From Octopus bimaculoides (lineage: Eukaryota), in NCBI RefSeq assembly GCF_001194135.2, contig NC_068982.1, forward strand, positions 98,951,021 through 99,015,020: 64,000 bases of DNA, given 5' to 3'. Position 1 is the stretch's first letter. Each line of letters opens with the position of its first letter. This document shows positions 28,701 to 43,700 of this stretch, piece after piece. A model generated the notes under the pieces. It did not search any database. It saw only the letters and a program-made list of their open reading frames with translations, and was not told where the DNA came from. The position numbers and the translations under genes were made by a program.

Positions 28701-31700
28701 TCAGTTCATGTCAGTTGTGACAAAACAGAATAATTCAGTCCATGCAAAGTGCTTGCTAAACAAGCTAAAACATCAAGAGGCTGGAATACTTCGGTTTTTC
28801 TCTAATGAGAAAAACTTTGATCACAATCAAAAGGTAAGCTGAAGGAACAACAAATGGTTATACAGAGACCCAAATGAGGCTCCAACAGTCATGCATATTA
28901 AGTTCCCAGCAACTGTGAAGGTCCCGGGAGTTGTTAGCAACAAGAGAGATGTCATGACTTGTCCATTTTTTCACAGGGCGTAAGAATCAATATTGCTGTC
29001 TACACAGGAGTTGGAAAAAATTGTGAGGCCCTGGATTGATAGAGTACACAACAGAAAACTGTACATCTTCCAACAAGGACCATCCAAGTGTGGATGCATG
29101 CCTATCTCCTTGATCAAGTTCTCCCAGAAACATGGCCTCCTTTGCTCACTTGACCTCAATCCAGTGGACTATTACACGTAGGGCATAGTCAAGAGAGAGG
29201 TCAATCAACAACCCCATAACACCATACAATCTCTCAAGTCTGCCATAACCAGCATCATGTCAAAAATTGCTAAGATCATCTGATTCAGGCATGTTAATGC
29301 TTCTAACCCTGTATTGAAGCAGCCTTTAATGCTAATGGTGGATTAATTGAATAGGTGTGATAAAAGGATTCTCAAGATTATTTGTATCAATTTGTTTTCA
29401 AATACAGTTTTTCTTCAATGAGTTATGCATTTTTTTCTAAATTCATACAAATGACCTCAAAAAAGTGATGCACCCTTCATTAGCTCAATTCTTTTCATTT
29501 TAGAGTTTAATACAAATGACAGAGATGGTAGTAGCCACAGCTCACTTACTAGAACTAGCTAAAGAGAATTAGTTTGGATGGATTAGAAGGGAGATTAGTT
29601 ATGTAAGAATGAATTAGAAGTATGATATAATTATATCAGATAAGGACTATACAAGAGTAAGATAAAAGAGTATACACTATCAGTAGAAATGGTTAGAACT
29701 TAAGGCAGATGACAAATAAAAGCTTATTTAAACAGAAATAGCAGGAAACTGACAGAGAAAAGAATGGTGATATGAGACAGTATGGAAAATATATGTACGC
29801 TCCTACAGAATGATGTTTACTCTTCAAAATTTCTGTGAATTAGAACAGAAAAAAATAGTCTATGAGAGTTTTCTTTTTCCATTTCATCCATAATACCTAT
29901 TTTTCTCAAGTGCATCCATTTTGAGTTATCCCTGGATTTTCCTTATCCCTCCCTCTATCTCTAAATTAACTAAACTTTATTGAAAACAAAATAAAAACAG
30001 AAAATTTTAAAGTTACTTACCACCAGGCATAACCTGGCCACAGTCCTGTAGTGTAAGAGATGTCAGGCTGTTCTCACTATCAACTCTAACTACTCCAAAA
30101 CTCAGGCCTTGCATTGACAGGATACCTCGGCCAGAAGTAGTGCTTCCTGTTTTTCCAGGTCTACAATAGATAATTGCCGTTTTGTTTTAATCTACTGAAA
30201 CTACAATATTTGTAAAAATTTGTAATATTACATAACATTATCTGTTAGAATAAAATCTCTCTCTGTAAAATCAGGCAAAGGAAATTGAAACACATTTTAA
30301 AGTAAAGAAACTGATTCAAGAGAAGATAGCTAACACTATCAGAGCTGTAAGAAAGAAATGAAATCTAAGACAGATGTTAAACCATAGCTTACCTTCGAAC
30401 TGATACAGTAAGAGCTTCACAAGATCCAGCACATGGACATATACTCTCAGGCTTCAAACCTTTTGATTGGAATACACTCAGGAAAGAATCACAGGAGGTT
30501 AGAGACCCTTTTGGAAGAAAAATTAACTGAGTGTAAGATATGATAAAATAATAATTATTATAATTATTAGAATACAAAAATAATGTAAACTACATTATGT
30601 GAAGAATTTGTGCAAGCAATGGACATCACACTCTCTCGTCCCACTTGAATTTACACACTGCACTCACTTCTCGTTATCACATTTGAGTACAAAACACACT
30701 TGGTCCCAAACTTTTAAACCTAGAAATTAGAGATGTACAGTATATATTAGAAATAAGTGTTATCCATTTACCCAAGAGCAAGTTAATGGCCATATTTAGA
30801 ATGGTATAAATGTTCAAGCTAACTGATATGTAATGAAGACTAAGTCTTTGATAAGGATAAGACATTAAATGTGCATTATACAAGCGGAAGTCAAAAATGA
30901 TCTACACTTTTCCCATAACATATCTTTATTATTGTCACATTGCCTTCTGTGCATGCATGCTTATAGCTGGTACTATTGTGGTCACACAAACAAAATTTGA
31001 GCCTGATCGCGCCATTTTTCTTTCTGGTTTTACAGTGCAAGCATGGCTGTTCCACTAGCAATGTGCACCAAAGAAGAACAAAGAGCAGTGATCTAATTTT
31101 TCTGGTTGGTAGGTGAGTCAGGATGTCTGTCAACCTCCACTACTGATGAGAAGATTCAGCAAGCTCAGGAGATGGTAATGGTGAACCAGTGAGTTATCAT
31201 CAATGAGGTAGCTTGTTCTCTGCAGATTAGACATGGTTCTTATTTCTTTATTGCCCACAAGGGGCTAAACATGGAGGGGACAAACAAGGATAGACAAAGG
31301 GATTAATTCGATTACATTGACCCCAATGCATAACTGGTACTTAATTTATTGACCCTGAAAGGATGAAAGGCAAAGTCGACCTTGGCGGAATTTGAACTCA
31401 GAACGTAACGGCAGACAAAATACCGCTANNNNNNNNNNAGTCGACCTTGGCGGAATTTGAACTCAGAACGTAACGGCAGACAAAATACCGCTAAGCATTT
31501 CGCCCGGCATGCTAACGTTTCTGCCAGCTCGCCGCCTTTTAGACATGTTTCTGCCTATCAAATCATTCACAACAAGCATGACTTCCATAATGTCTGTGCA
31601 AGATGGGTGCCAAGAGAGCTTACTGCAGAGCACAAGCGCAAACATCTTGAGGTCTGCTAATGTTTACTCCATTGCTAAAGGGTGAGGAATTTTTGAGCAG

Positions 31701-34700
31701 AATAGTCATAGAAGATGAAACGTGAGTCCATCATTAGGAGGCAGAATCCAAAGGGCAGATTATGGAGTGGAAACACCCTGGTTCACCCATGACAAAGAAA
31801 TTCAAGACAGTCTTCTGCAGGAAAGATGATGCTAACCCTTTTTTGGGACCCAAAAGGGCCTATACTGGAAGACTACCTGAAAAAAGGGGTGTATGATCAA
31901 CAGTGCACGATACAGTGCTTTGCTGGTCAATTGAAGCCAGCAATTTGCACCAAATGCCGAAGCCTATTGTTGAAGAAAGTTTTGTTGTTGCATGACAATG
32001 CACGCCCACACATGGCTTAACCAATTGGGTTTTGAGGTGCTGGAACACCCTGGCTACAGCCTAGATCTCACTCCTTCCAACTAATATATCTTTGGACTGC
32101 TCAAAGATGGTTTATGATGTTGTCGATTTCCTACAGGTGAAGATGTGAAGGAAGCAGTGCATAAATAGTTGCATGACCAACTGAAAACCTTCTTCTGGGA
32201 GGGAATATGCAAGCTTGTAGACTGCTGGACCAAGTGTATCAAAAACAAAGGAGACTGTATAGAAAAATGTACTTGTGTATCCCTTGTTTTGTGTAAATAC
32301 ATTGAAAAAACAAGTGTGCGTATAATTTTTGACACTCCCTCATATTTCTTAAGTGTATTTATGTAAGAAACAACAGTAATCAAAGTTATATCCTATTTCA
32401 CTAACAGATCGAAAAAATTCATAAGTAATACAGACAGCTCAAAACAGAAACAGCAGAAGGATGAAATGTGCTTAGTTTCTGTTTGTACACAGCAACATAC
32501 TTTACTTTGCGTATATATGCAAGTACATGCTTTAGTTTGTATATATTCTGCTACAAAAATATTACATTCTTAAAATTTTATTCATTTGAATAAACTTATA
32601 AGAAATAACGTAAAGCTGTTCTTGCTGTGACCATCCAGTCAAGTTAGCATTTACTATACATGCAACATATATCATTTAATATATATGCAATTTACATAGA
32701 AATATTTCCTTAAATTTTATAAAATGATTTTCATATGAAGAGATAAATATATTGCATAAAAATAAAATTGCCAAAACCTGAATGTACAATGCATAATCCA
32801 AAGCTATTTAAAACAAAAATTATGCATACTAAAAAATATCAGAAGTATGTGTGTCAAGAACACAAACTACAAATACATTGTTGCCTGTGAACAATATGAA
32901 CTATTCTTCACCCCCATCATAAAACTAAAGAAAAATTAGTGTGTATTATACTTGGTTTGAAGATTTGACAGCCCATACTTAGTGGTACATATACACAACT
33001 ATGTATTATATACAAATAAACATAATAATAACTTTTATTTAAGGCCACTCATTCCTAAAACTGTTTAGCTGTGAATCTCTGTTTCAAGCCTGAACCAAAC
33101 ACTAATTTGAATATTTCTAATAAAGACATTACTAATAAGCCCTGGGTTACTGGATACTGATTCTTCAATATAGTCTTCAGCTGGTACTATGGGTCTTGCA
33201 TCAATATTCCCATCTTTTCTGATAATTAGATCATTCATGACTGTGTAGTTATGAAGTTTGCTTAACAATCATATGATTTCAGGTTCAGTTCCACTACATG
33301 GAACCTTGAGCAAGTCATCCTAGATAAGAATCTTGAGCCAACCAATGCTTTGTTGATGGAATTGCTATGTGGAAACGTGTGTGTGCGTGTGTGCATATAC
33401 AACACAAATGTATGTACACACACACATACACATACAAAATTGTATCAATTCCATGTGTCTTCATTCACACTGTCTGAGTAAAATAAGATGAGTAACTTAA
33501 ATTCCTTGCTTTTTATGTATGAATATATGCTTGTATAATGATTTATGACAATGTCATATAAACAAAAATTGAATTATAGCTTACAAGGATTGGCACCATC
33601 AGCGACCAGCAGCATACGAAGAGTATTAAAGTTTACATCTTTGTGATCTTTTTGGGCTAACAAGCCCCAATGCATATCACGTGATTTCACTACAGCCACA
33701 GCAGCTGAAATAAAGTTCAAAACACATTAAAACTCTTAAAAAAAAGATGATGATGATAAACAAGGTGAAAATAATTTAAAGAAAAAATATTTTGAATAAC
33801 AGTAAATTTGGCATCAGAGCTGCATGTAAAAGTATATGAGTCATTGAGAAATTTTCTATGGAATAACTGTTCAGAACTAGTCTAATAAACTAACTAAAAT
33901 AAAAATATCCTATGAAAATATGTAAGCATAGTTTATTTTCAGCTTTACAAGAAGGGCAGGACAGAAAATATCTTGTCAAGCTTTAGCTAGCAAAAACTAT
34001 GATGATTGACAGATATTGAAAGAGAAGCAATACTGATACAGAACTGAAATTGTAAAATATATGAAAATAGAGTACTTAGATTAAGTTCTAAATTAATAAT
34101 GAAGAAAAAATATAATGCTGATTCTTTAAAAATGTATTAGTAATATACGTTTAATGTTTTACCATTGAATAATATGAAAAGAATAATGGTAAAAAAAAAA
34201 AAAACCCACTTAGAAATTGTCTGGTAAACTGAGAGTATATTCTAAATTGAAACCAAAATATGGTTAGTCTAAAAAAATGTCTATATTGAGTCTGCAATTC
34301 AGTGTTTCATATTAATGTACATACCTTTGTACTTAGTCACCATCTTCATCCAGGATGCTGGGTCAACTTTCATCAAAGAATAAGGAATGAAAATCACATG
34401 CATTCCGTTAAAAACACTCTGGAATAGTTACACAGAAATATAAAGTGTTAGGATGGTAGAAAAAAACACATACGCAATAGCATTCAGTTGAAACTAAATA
34501 CTGCACTTGCTCACAGTGATATCAAATAATGTATGAAATGCTTACATTATTTTTAACATATATGAACAAAAGCAAAGCTAATTTTATTTTTCACAAAAAA
34601 CAGCTTTTCTGTAAACAATTGTACCATTTTAGTTAACAGTTTAAAAAAACAAAAATTCTCAAACAAAATAATACTTACACACAATATGCCATGCCAGAGA

Positions 34701-37700
34701 CCAACATCACGTTTGAAGTCTAATACACAGACCATTACTTCTCCTATTACAAACATAAGAAAAAGAGTCAAGCAAAATATAATACATGTAATCATACACA
34801 CACATATACAACATGCACACACATTTATATACACATACACACACGTGTGTATGTGTGTGTGTGTAAAACTGAGTGCCATATAAAAAACACCCAGTAAAGT
34901 GGCTAGCATTAGGAAGGGCATCCAGCCATAAAAATCATGCTAAAACAGATAGTAGAGACTGGTATGGCCATGGCTTTACCAGCCCATGTCAAACTATCCA
35001 ATCCATACCAGCATGGAAAATGAACATTAAATGATGATGATGAAGGAGTTTCTCATTGGTAGAAGTTCATTTTTATGGGTGGTGGGAATGCTTTATCAGA
35101 TTTGTTTAAAAACCAAAGCACAAGAAAGACTTAGCTTGTACCATGTTTTCTACATGGTTCTGAGCAGACAGACATCTTTCTACCCTTGACACCCGACAGC
35201 TGGAGGGAGAGAAGGCTGCATCAGTACAAGGCTGGTATGCATTTTCAGCTGGTGAACAGATTGGAGCAATATGAAATGAAGTGTATTGCTCAAGAACAAG
35301 ATGCACTGCCTGGTCCAAAAATCCAACCCATAACCTTAGGATTGTGAACCCAACATGCCTTCACCAAATTTGTTTAAATTAAGAACAAATCAGAAAGAAA
35401 CACATGTACAGCACACGACAAACAAACAGACCTAATAAAAGATTCCTCAGCACCCATAGAGGTAGCTTCTTTACTTGACTCACAGCAATAAACTAATAAC
35501 TTAGTATTGAGTACCCTATACTTTCTTGGAAGTAGCTAAATAATGTTATTACTATATATGTTTATCTACATATGCATACAGCAGAAGACATTCATATATT
35601 AAAAATGAGATTATAATACCTTGTAAAAATCAATAAAACCTAAGTAAGAAATCTGAAGTTTTTCTGAAATTCTATATTTGGTACTATCAAATAATAAGCA
35701 TATCCTGGGTTACTATTGGCTATTAAAAAAAATGAAAGTTCCCCTCAAGAATTACATCATGTTCTGACTCATGGGGAACACTATTTGCTACAACAAAACC
35801 TTAGTACCATTTGTATAACATTGTTTCTACAGTGCCAATGAAATATCCAAAACTATTCAATTTATGCCAACAAAGATAATTATATTAAGTTGCTTTAAGT
35901 ATATCTTTTATCCATCTTTCTCTATAATGCTTGAGATTTTTGTCAAACCCCTGCAAAATTACATAACTTTAAAAAGTACAAGATACTTTTAATGTTCATT
36001 AAAGTAAAGTTTTCAAGTATACACTTAAACTAGAAAAAAAGTGTTTGATGTTATCTGAAAAACTAATAATTTAATCACCACATACTGAGTAACATCAGAA
36101 TATTACCATATCTAATTAATATATTATCAAAGCAGATATAAAATATACACTTTTGAAAGGAAAAACATTAACACAACAAGAAGGTTACTAGTTCATTTTG
36201 AGTAGAAAATAAATCATTGGTTTTTAAAATCAGTCAACAAGGTTTTGTTATGTACTAAAGTATTAAAAATATATGGAAATTTTTCTGACAGGTGAAGAAT
36301 AGAGGGTTAGGACATAAGTCTATTATAGGAAAAATTATCTGCAAAATCTTTTGATACCATACTCTTTCTTTTTATATTTTGAAGATATTTTTTGATTTAA
36401 GAAACAATGATACTGAAATACAGAATAATATGTAAGACAATGAATATTGTTGATAATGGAGGAGAAAAAAGTTACTAATTAGTTTAAAATGAAATATTAC
36501 CTTCTGTGTAGTTACATGCGACAGTAAGTGTCCGACAATGACATAGCATAGTACTCTGTGCCACAGTCACACCAACGGTACTCCCATCTTTACTTGTAGT
36601 ATACTGAAACAAACAAAATGAAGAGAAAAAAAATTAGTAAATTTGAAAGCTTGTGGCATCAGCAGACTACAGAAATATTCAACAACATAGGACTGAGACT
36701 GTTGGCAGTTCTCACTTGATACTCATGAAACTTTTACAAATTCTAACTGTGTCTAATAAATTTCACCAATATGTAATGAAGTGCCCCTGGACTGGTTCTT
36801 GTGCGGGTGGCACATGAGATGCACCATTTTGAGCGTGGCCGTTGCCAGTACCGCCTGACTGGCTCCTGTAGGATTTTCGAGCGAGATCGTTGCCAGTGCC
36901 CCTGGACTGGCTTGTGCGGGTGGCACATAAAAGACACCATTTCGAGCGTGGCCGTTTTCGTGCGGGTGACACGTAAAAGCACCCACTACACTCTCTGAGT
37001 GGTTGGCGTTAGGAAGGGCATCCAGCTGTAGAAACTCTGCCAAATCAGACTGGAGCCTGGTGTTGCCATCCGGTTTCACCAGTCCTCAGTCAAATCGTCC
37101 AACCCATGCTAGCATGGAAAGCGGACGTTAAACGATGATGATGATGATGATGAGATGAGGCTATTAGCATGAGATTGTAAATTCAGAAACAATGCACTCT
37201 AAATTGTTGTTTCTTTTGTACCTTATTGCACTGTCACATTTACATGACATTAAGAAATGTGATGTGTTTTATCTGCATGACAAAAATCCATTACTTAATG
37301 ATGTATTGTATGAAAAGTTGTAAAATCTACTATTCATGCTAAAGATACTCAACAACTATTTGGTGGTACAGTGACATAATACAAGATTTCTCCAAGTTTG
37401 TCAAATTATATTAAAAATGATAAAAAAATTTAGTATTTTAAAGGCAAAGTTGTGTAAAAAGTTAGATAACAAAAAGCTTTTTCACAGAAGGATAAAAAAA
37501 AAAAAGTGTAATTCAGATGGCAAGCTGGTCATTTAGTGAATGCATTACATGAGATCAAATGAAAATTATATGTAGCAATTTCAAATATCTATTGAGCTTA
37601 ACAGAAAAATTATAATTGTCATGAAAATAATTCTGTCAGTAGTACATACCAATCAAATGAATTAAAAAATTGAAGCTAATGTGATATATTAAAAAATTTG

Positions 37701-40700
37701 TAAGAAGAAATCAGAAAAAAATGTTATATTTCAACATAAATCAATAACAAATTGATTAATCAGAATTAAATACCAGTGCCATTAGATCTTTGATTTAAGT
37801 ACATATAAAATATTGGATCTCTACCATTAGAACTTGTATTGATAAAATTAAAAGTTTATTGCAATAAAAATATTGCAGTTAAATGAAAATGCCTATTGAA
37901 TATAGAAATTAGAAATAAATAACCACAAAATTTAAGAAGCTTTTGCTATAGATTCTGAAATAGATTAAAATTTATTCAGAATATTGGTTAAAAGTATTTA
38001 ATATGTCTTGCTATGTGTACTCATAACTATTAGTACCAAAGATAAAATCAATGATTTATGCACTAAATATTCGGATATATTTTCACCTAACTTAGATCAC
38101 TGTATAAAAATGCACAATTTGACTGAGTCCAAATGAAAAATTGAGTTATTGACAGGCCAGCCAGACCATTTCTATTGTCAAAAGTCAAAATTGGTAAAAG
38201 AATTGGAATGTGAAGTACAGAATTATACACTGGAACTGAATGATCTACAATCATTGCCTTTTGGAAGCTGAATGTCAAAGCTCACATTTGTGGAGATTTT
38301 AAAGTCACTATCAACAAATCAAACAACAACACTTAATGCTTGTACATGAACTATTTCATAAATTGGAGAATTGGAAGACAAAAAAAAAAAAAAAAAAAAA
38401 AAGACATGTTTATAGGTGAAGTTAACAGAAAAATCACAGCAATTTCTTATGACAAATACCCCTTTCAGTTTTTATAAGTACAAACAAATGCCACTAAAAA
38501 ATTCTAGTAGTCTTGCTATACTTCTATATTTCAATGTCTTGCCAATCAAACGTTATCAAGAATAAAACATTGTGCAGCATATCTGAATGATACCATTGTC
38601 ACCATATGATGGATGAAATATTAGCATTTCTTTCAGAATGAATATTATTACAAATTCATTAAGAACCTTATGCTAGTGTCAATGTCAATGAAATAGAATA
38701 TACCATTCAAATGGCCAAGTGATTAAGGTCATAGAGCTCATGCATTTCGATGAACATTTGCCATTAATTGTGGTAGTAAATGTATCTATCACCAGTTGGA
38801 ACTGGAATATTTTTGTTTCAGTGTGAAAATGGAATTGATCATCCTTTAGCCCATGCATCTAAAATACTTAATACATATCAACAATGATATTTGCAAATAG
38901 AGAAAAAGGGATTATTTACTATATTTGATTTTCATAACTTTATATGATTCCCTCAGAGAAGACATTTTGAATTAATCCCTAATTACAAGCTGCTAGTACC
39001 CGAATTATCACCTGATTATTGGTTTTTATGTGCCAATGACTATAACATTTGGGTAATTCTATTGCCCTCATATAAATATTCAGTTTAATACATAAAACTT
39101 TGAAGTAACATGAACATACTGCAGCATTATAAAAACAGATTACAATTTTGAAGAAATCATATTCTGTCTAAATTTGAAATACATCAAATTATCGAAGGTT
39201 TTCAAGGTTTGCTAGTTAGTACAAAAGAAACAGAATCACATATGAAGCCATGTATCTATATTATTCAAATAGCCAGAAAAACTAAAAATTTAAGAGAGTA
39301 TTTGTAAAATGAGAAGTGTTAGTTATCATAGGAATTCATTAATTTTGTAGTCCAATTTTCCCAAACTAATTCTGAAAATATTACAAAGTAAAATTTTGAC
39401 TCAACTGCATGAAAATAATTGGGGAATGGCTCCATATGAAACAAATGTGTTACCTAAACTGCTACTGGTTGAAATTGCAATCTGATATGAATTTATAATA
39501 GCTAAATCATGTCTGATATTTAAATCAGTTACATGAGAATGGTCAGAAACCTCTGAATTATGACAATAAATACATAATCAACCACACTGGACCATTTTCT
39601 GATAAAGTATGGCTTACTGCCAATGATTAATTCTCAGAATGTCCTAAAATTCAATGATCTAGGCTTGTTATTATATTATGTCATATTAATTTGGGCTGAA
39701 AATTAAGTTTAGTGAACACAAGCCTATAAGATACTCAGCTACTTAAACGAGTAGGTTGTTCAGTTTAATGAACAACCAAATGCTCATTGTGAAAACTGAC
39801 AGTGGATCTGGCTTCATCATATATATACCAGGCAATGTGGTAATGACATGATTAAGTTACTCTGGGAGACAAAGTTGCAACAAACTGCTAATATATAATC
39901 AAAGGCAAAGAGGAATCATTATTATGATTATTATTACCACCGACTCTAAAAGAGTTGGTATTTGGATTTCTTGCACTTTATGTTGGTTAATTCCTACTAT
40001 ACTTTTAATGGTAAAGTCTTCTATATTGAAGTTTTTCTGTTAGAACTACTAATGATTTGTACACTGCAAAAGTATTCAAACTTAGATTTTAATCCAAAGT
40101 CCTGGTTACTGCTAGTTTGAAGAACTGTATAAAATACTCACTTCTACATAGGCAGCAATATTATCTGCAACTCTTGGAGGGGGTTGCCAATCCTTTGGTG
40201 GTTTACCCATGTTTTCAGTAACAAACCAATTGAGTTTGGGCCATCCTAGAAAAGAATAACAATATAAAACATGAAATTCAGATGACAGCTAACAATAATT
40301 AAGAGGTACATTACAGATGGTTTCAAATGTTATAGTAATGTATGGAAAATTAAGTGATGAGAGAAAACAAGAAGTTGAGATGATTGTCATTTTCTAGAGT
40401 TGGAGATTATCATTCTGTAATGTACAACCAGTAAATCCTGGTTCAAAGAAACTAATCTTTAGTCATAGTCCTGTACGTTATTCTGAATGGCCGTTCTCTC
40501 TCTTCCTCTTCCTGTCGAATGTGCATGCTCTTTATATCAACGTTATTTGCATAACACATTCAATTGATATAAATTTGGCGAAATTATTCTCAAAATGCTG
40601 ATGATAATGAAAGAAATAGTGTACAAAACTATAGTTGATAAATTATCTTACCTTTGAAAATAATTACTTCCCCATTAGGCGTTTTAGGTAATGCTTTATT

Positions 40701-43700
40701 ACAAGCTTCTGATGTAAGGGCCCAGTTAACATTAAGGTTACCCAAAAGGAATCCAATTCCTAACCCACCAGCATCCTGAAATGAAATGACAGAGTATTAA
40801 GTAGAAAATAAAGGAAAACATGAAAATATCATTAAAGGACTAAATCTGTAAAAATTATACACCTGTGAAATAAGTAACAAAAAATATAATGAAGAGTGAA
40901 AGTCTTTTTTTTTTAAAGGGACACTTAATTGTAGATGTTATTTTACATATATAACTGGTACTCAATCATGTTACAAGCAAATCAGAGAATTTTAACAGCA
41001 TTATGTAGTCAGCTGGTTTCCATAAGACATTTTTGTTTTTTACCAACAATACTGAAATATTATATAAAATTAAATGGAAGTAAGAACCATATTTTAAATA
41101 GCAGCGGTGTAAAGGAGAATATTCAGAGATCTTCGAAGTTTATAAAAAAAAGGATCTCTGTGACAATGAATAAAGTAAATTTAGTAACATAATTAGTATC
41201 CTTTAACCCCTTAACATTTAGACCTCTCTGTTATATGTAATGCTTATTTATTTACATTGTTTCTAATTAATCAGACATTATCTTGTAGCTTCGAAATTTT
41301 GAGTATGTGATTAAATATTTTTAGAATGACATTGAAAGGAAAGTGTTATAGATAGAATATTTGGGTTGCATATCGCCATTTTAAATGTTAAAGGGTTTGA
41401 AAGAAATTAATAGACTGTAAAGGATTTTTAAAAAAATGGAAACAAGGATATGCAGCATAACAATCAAATAAACACTCAAACATTTATTAAAACCTTTCAT
41501 AATAAAATATTACCCAAGAATTGTCATGAAACTGAATTGAAGGACAAAGGCTATTATTGTGTATACTTAAGTATAGCTCTGTGTTTAAGAAGTTTCCTTC
41601 ACAACTATGTGGATTTTGGTTCCATGCTGTCAAATGACACCTTGGGAAAATGCCTTCTACTATAACCTCTGGCTGATTAATGCTTTGCAAGTGTAATTTG
41701 ATTGGTAGAAACTGTACAAAAGCCTGTCATATACATGGCTATGTATTCTTTCTGTATCTCTTCTCATCAATACTGTTTTTGCAGTAGTAGTTTTGCTTAT
41801 GTTTTCCAGTAGTGGTTTGACATTCAAAGGTGCAAAGTAAAGTTCTTCACTTAAAAAACCTGAAAGAGGTGAGGTCAGTAAAGGCACCTGACCATAGAAT
41901 ACTGCCTCAAAAAGTTGCAACCAACTTATACCAGTATGGTAACAAAAAGAAACCTATGAAAATGATGATTAAGCATAACATTATGAACAAAATACTGAAA
42001 AACACAGTACTCTGCACTGAAAGTATTTCAACCACTTTAAAAGTAAATAAATACAATAAAAAAGAATTATATTTTATAAATGTAATGAATGATCAAAAAT
42101 ATCACCAAAGAAAATCTTTCTAAGAAACTAAATTAGAAAGGATCATAAGTGCGAGTTTAATATGGATGATGAAAAGAGAATCATTTGGAAATTATTTGGC
42201 TACGGCATCTTTTTTTTTTTTATACACTTATTACTGCAAAATAAATAGAAAAATAATTTTAAAAATTTTCGATTTTAAAAATATTTTCTTAAATAACTGA
42301 GTATAACCTAAAAACAAAAGCATTTATCATTTTAGTTATGATTGGTAAAATTTATTTTATATATCAGAGACAAAAGGTAATTAAAAAAATATAGAATGGG
42401 TATGTTTATATATGTTGCTGAATTTCAGAATTGAACTATTGAATTTTAAATCAATGTAAAATTCTATTTTGGTAAGATACATTTGGATACTATCACTAAT
42501 ACTTGCAGACTGTTCCTTTCATCTTTATGTCAAGACAATCACAATCAATTCACTTTCTGTCTGGTTCTATAAGCAAATGTATTGATTATAGAAAACCCCC
42601 AAATTTTGGAGCATTTTACAGAAAACTTCTTTTTAATTTTTACTTGTTTCAGTCATTGGACTACAGCCATGCTGGGGCACCACCTTGAAGAATTGTTAGT
42701 TGAATTGACTCCATTACCTGTTTTTTTTAAAGCCCGTTACTTATTCTTTCAGTCTCTTTTACTAAACTGCTAAGTTATGGGGTCATAAAGACACCAACAA
42801 GTGTTGGGGTTTGACAAACACACACACAGATATATGTATATCTTTCAGTTTCTATTTATCAAATTCACTCGTAAAGCTTTGGTCAGTCTGAGGCTATAGT
42901 AGAAGACACTTGCTCAAGGTTCCATGCAGTGAGAATGAATCTGCAACCATGTGGCTGGAAAGCAAGCTTCTCACCACACAGCCATGCCTGTGCCTATTTT
43001 TTTTGCTTTTTTTTTTATTTTTTGGAATTTTATTCCTGATATACTTAGTTTGGTTGCCCCTTATATCAGCCATATCTTTCAAAATTTACAGCATAAAAAA
43101 AAACAAAACAAAAAACAAAACTGAAAATCTATTTGTAGTTACATTATGTCTGAAACCAAGATAAGCATAGAACACTTAACCATAGATCTGCTGGATCAGA
43201 GCTGATCTGCGATTAAACATTAACATATCTGTTGTGAATATATAGTAAGAGACATTTATTGTGTGACTGTGTGTATTCAAACTCACACACTGGTTTGTAG
43301 TACAATAAAAATTTAATAAAAACTTTTCTACATACACTCCACATCATCTCTTTATTTCTTATCTGCTTATGGTTTTAATATATTGTTGCTCTCCTCTCCA
43401 ACTTTTTAATGTACTGCCACTTATCACCTCCTCCTCCCTGACCCACACCTTTATTCATTTACCTTACCCCAAACTGAGATTCACTACTGACCACATTGCC
43501 ACCCATGTTCACCATTCACTGCATTTACCTCTGTCCTTATCTTAATCAGCTGTCATTCTTTCCACATTTTTACAAACCTACCCACCCAGTCATCCTCAAT
43601 TCTGTCACTTTTCAATTTTTATCCACTTTCTTGTGTCTTGAGAGTATGCACTTTTTTTCATCGTTCCTCACTTTTCTACTGAGATAGCCATGTATCTCCT

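Larger units (their letters stand above)
30881..32342 (+). mobile_element. Decayed mariner (DD34D) transposon with internal deletion and nested SINE
   Basis: TA-flanked degenerate TIRs (gtcaaaaatgatctacact / reverse complement gtcaaaaattatacgcaca); [61 protein letters not shown]. Confidence 0.9.

Noticed and set aside
31375-31495. Apparent ~55-nt tandem duplication inside the SINE
   Set aside because: The copies flank a 10-N gap: unmerged contig overlap.
13738-37152. Recurring repeat units as a CRISPR-like or spacer array
   Set aside because: They are dispersed LINE 3' ends in a eukaryotic gene, with no regular repeat-spacer structure.
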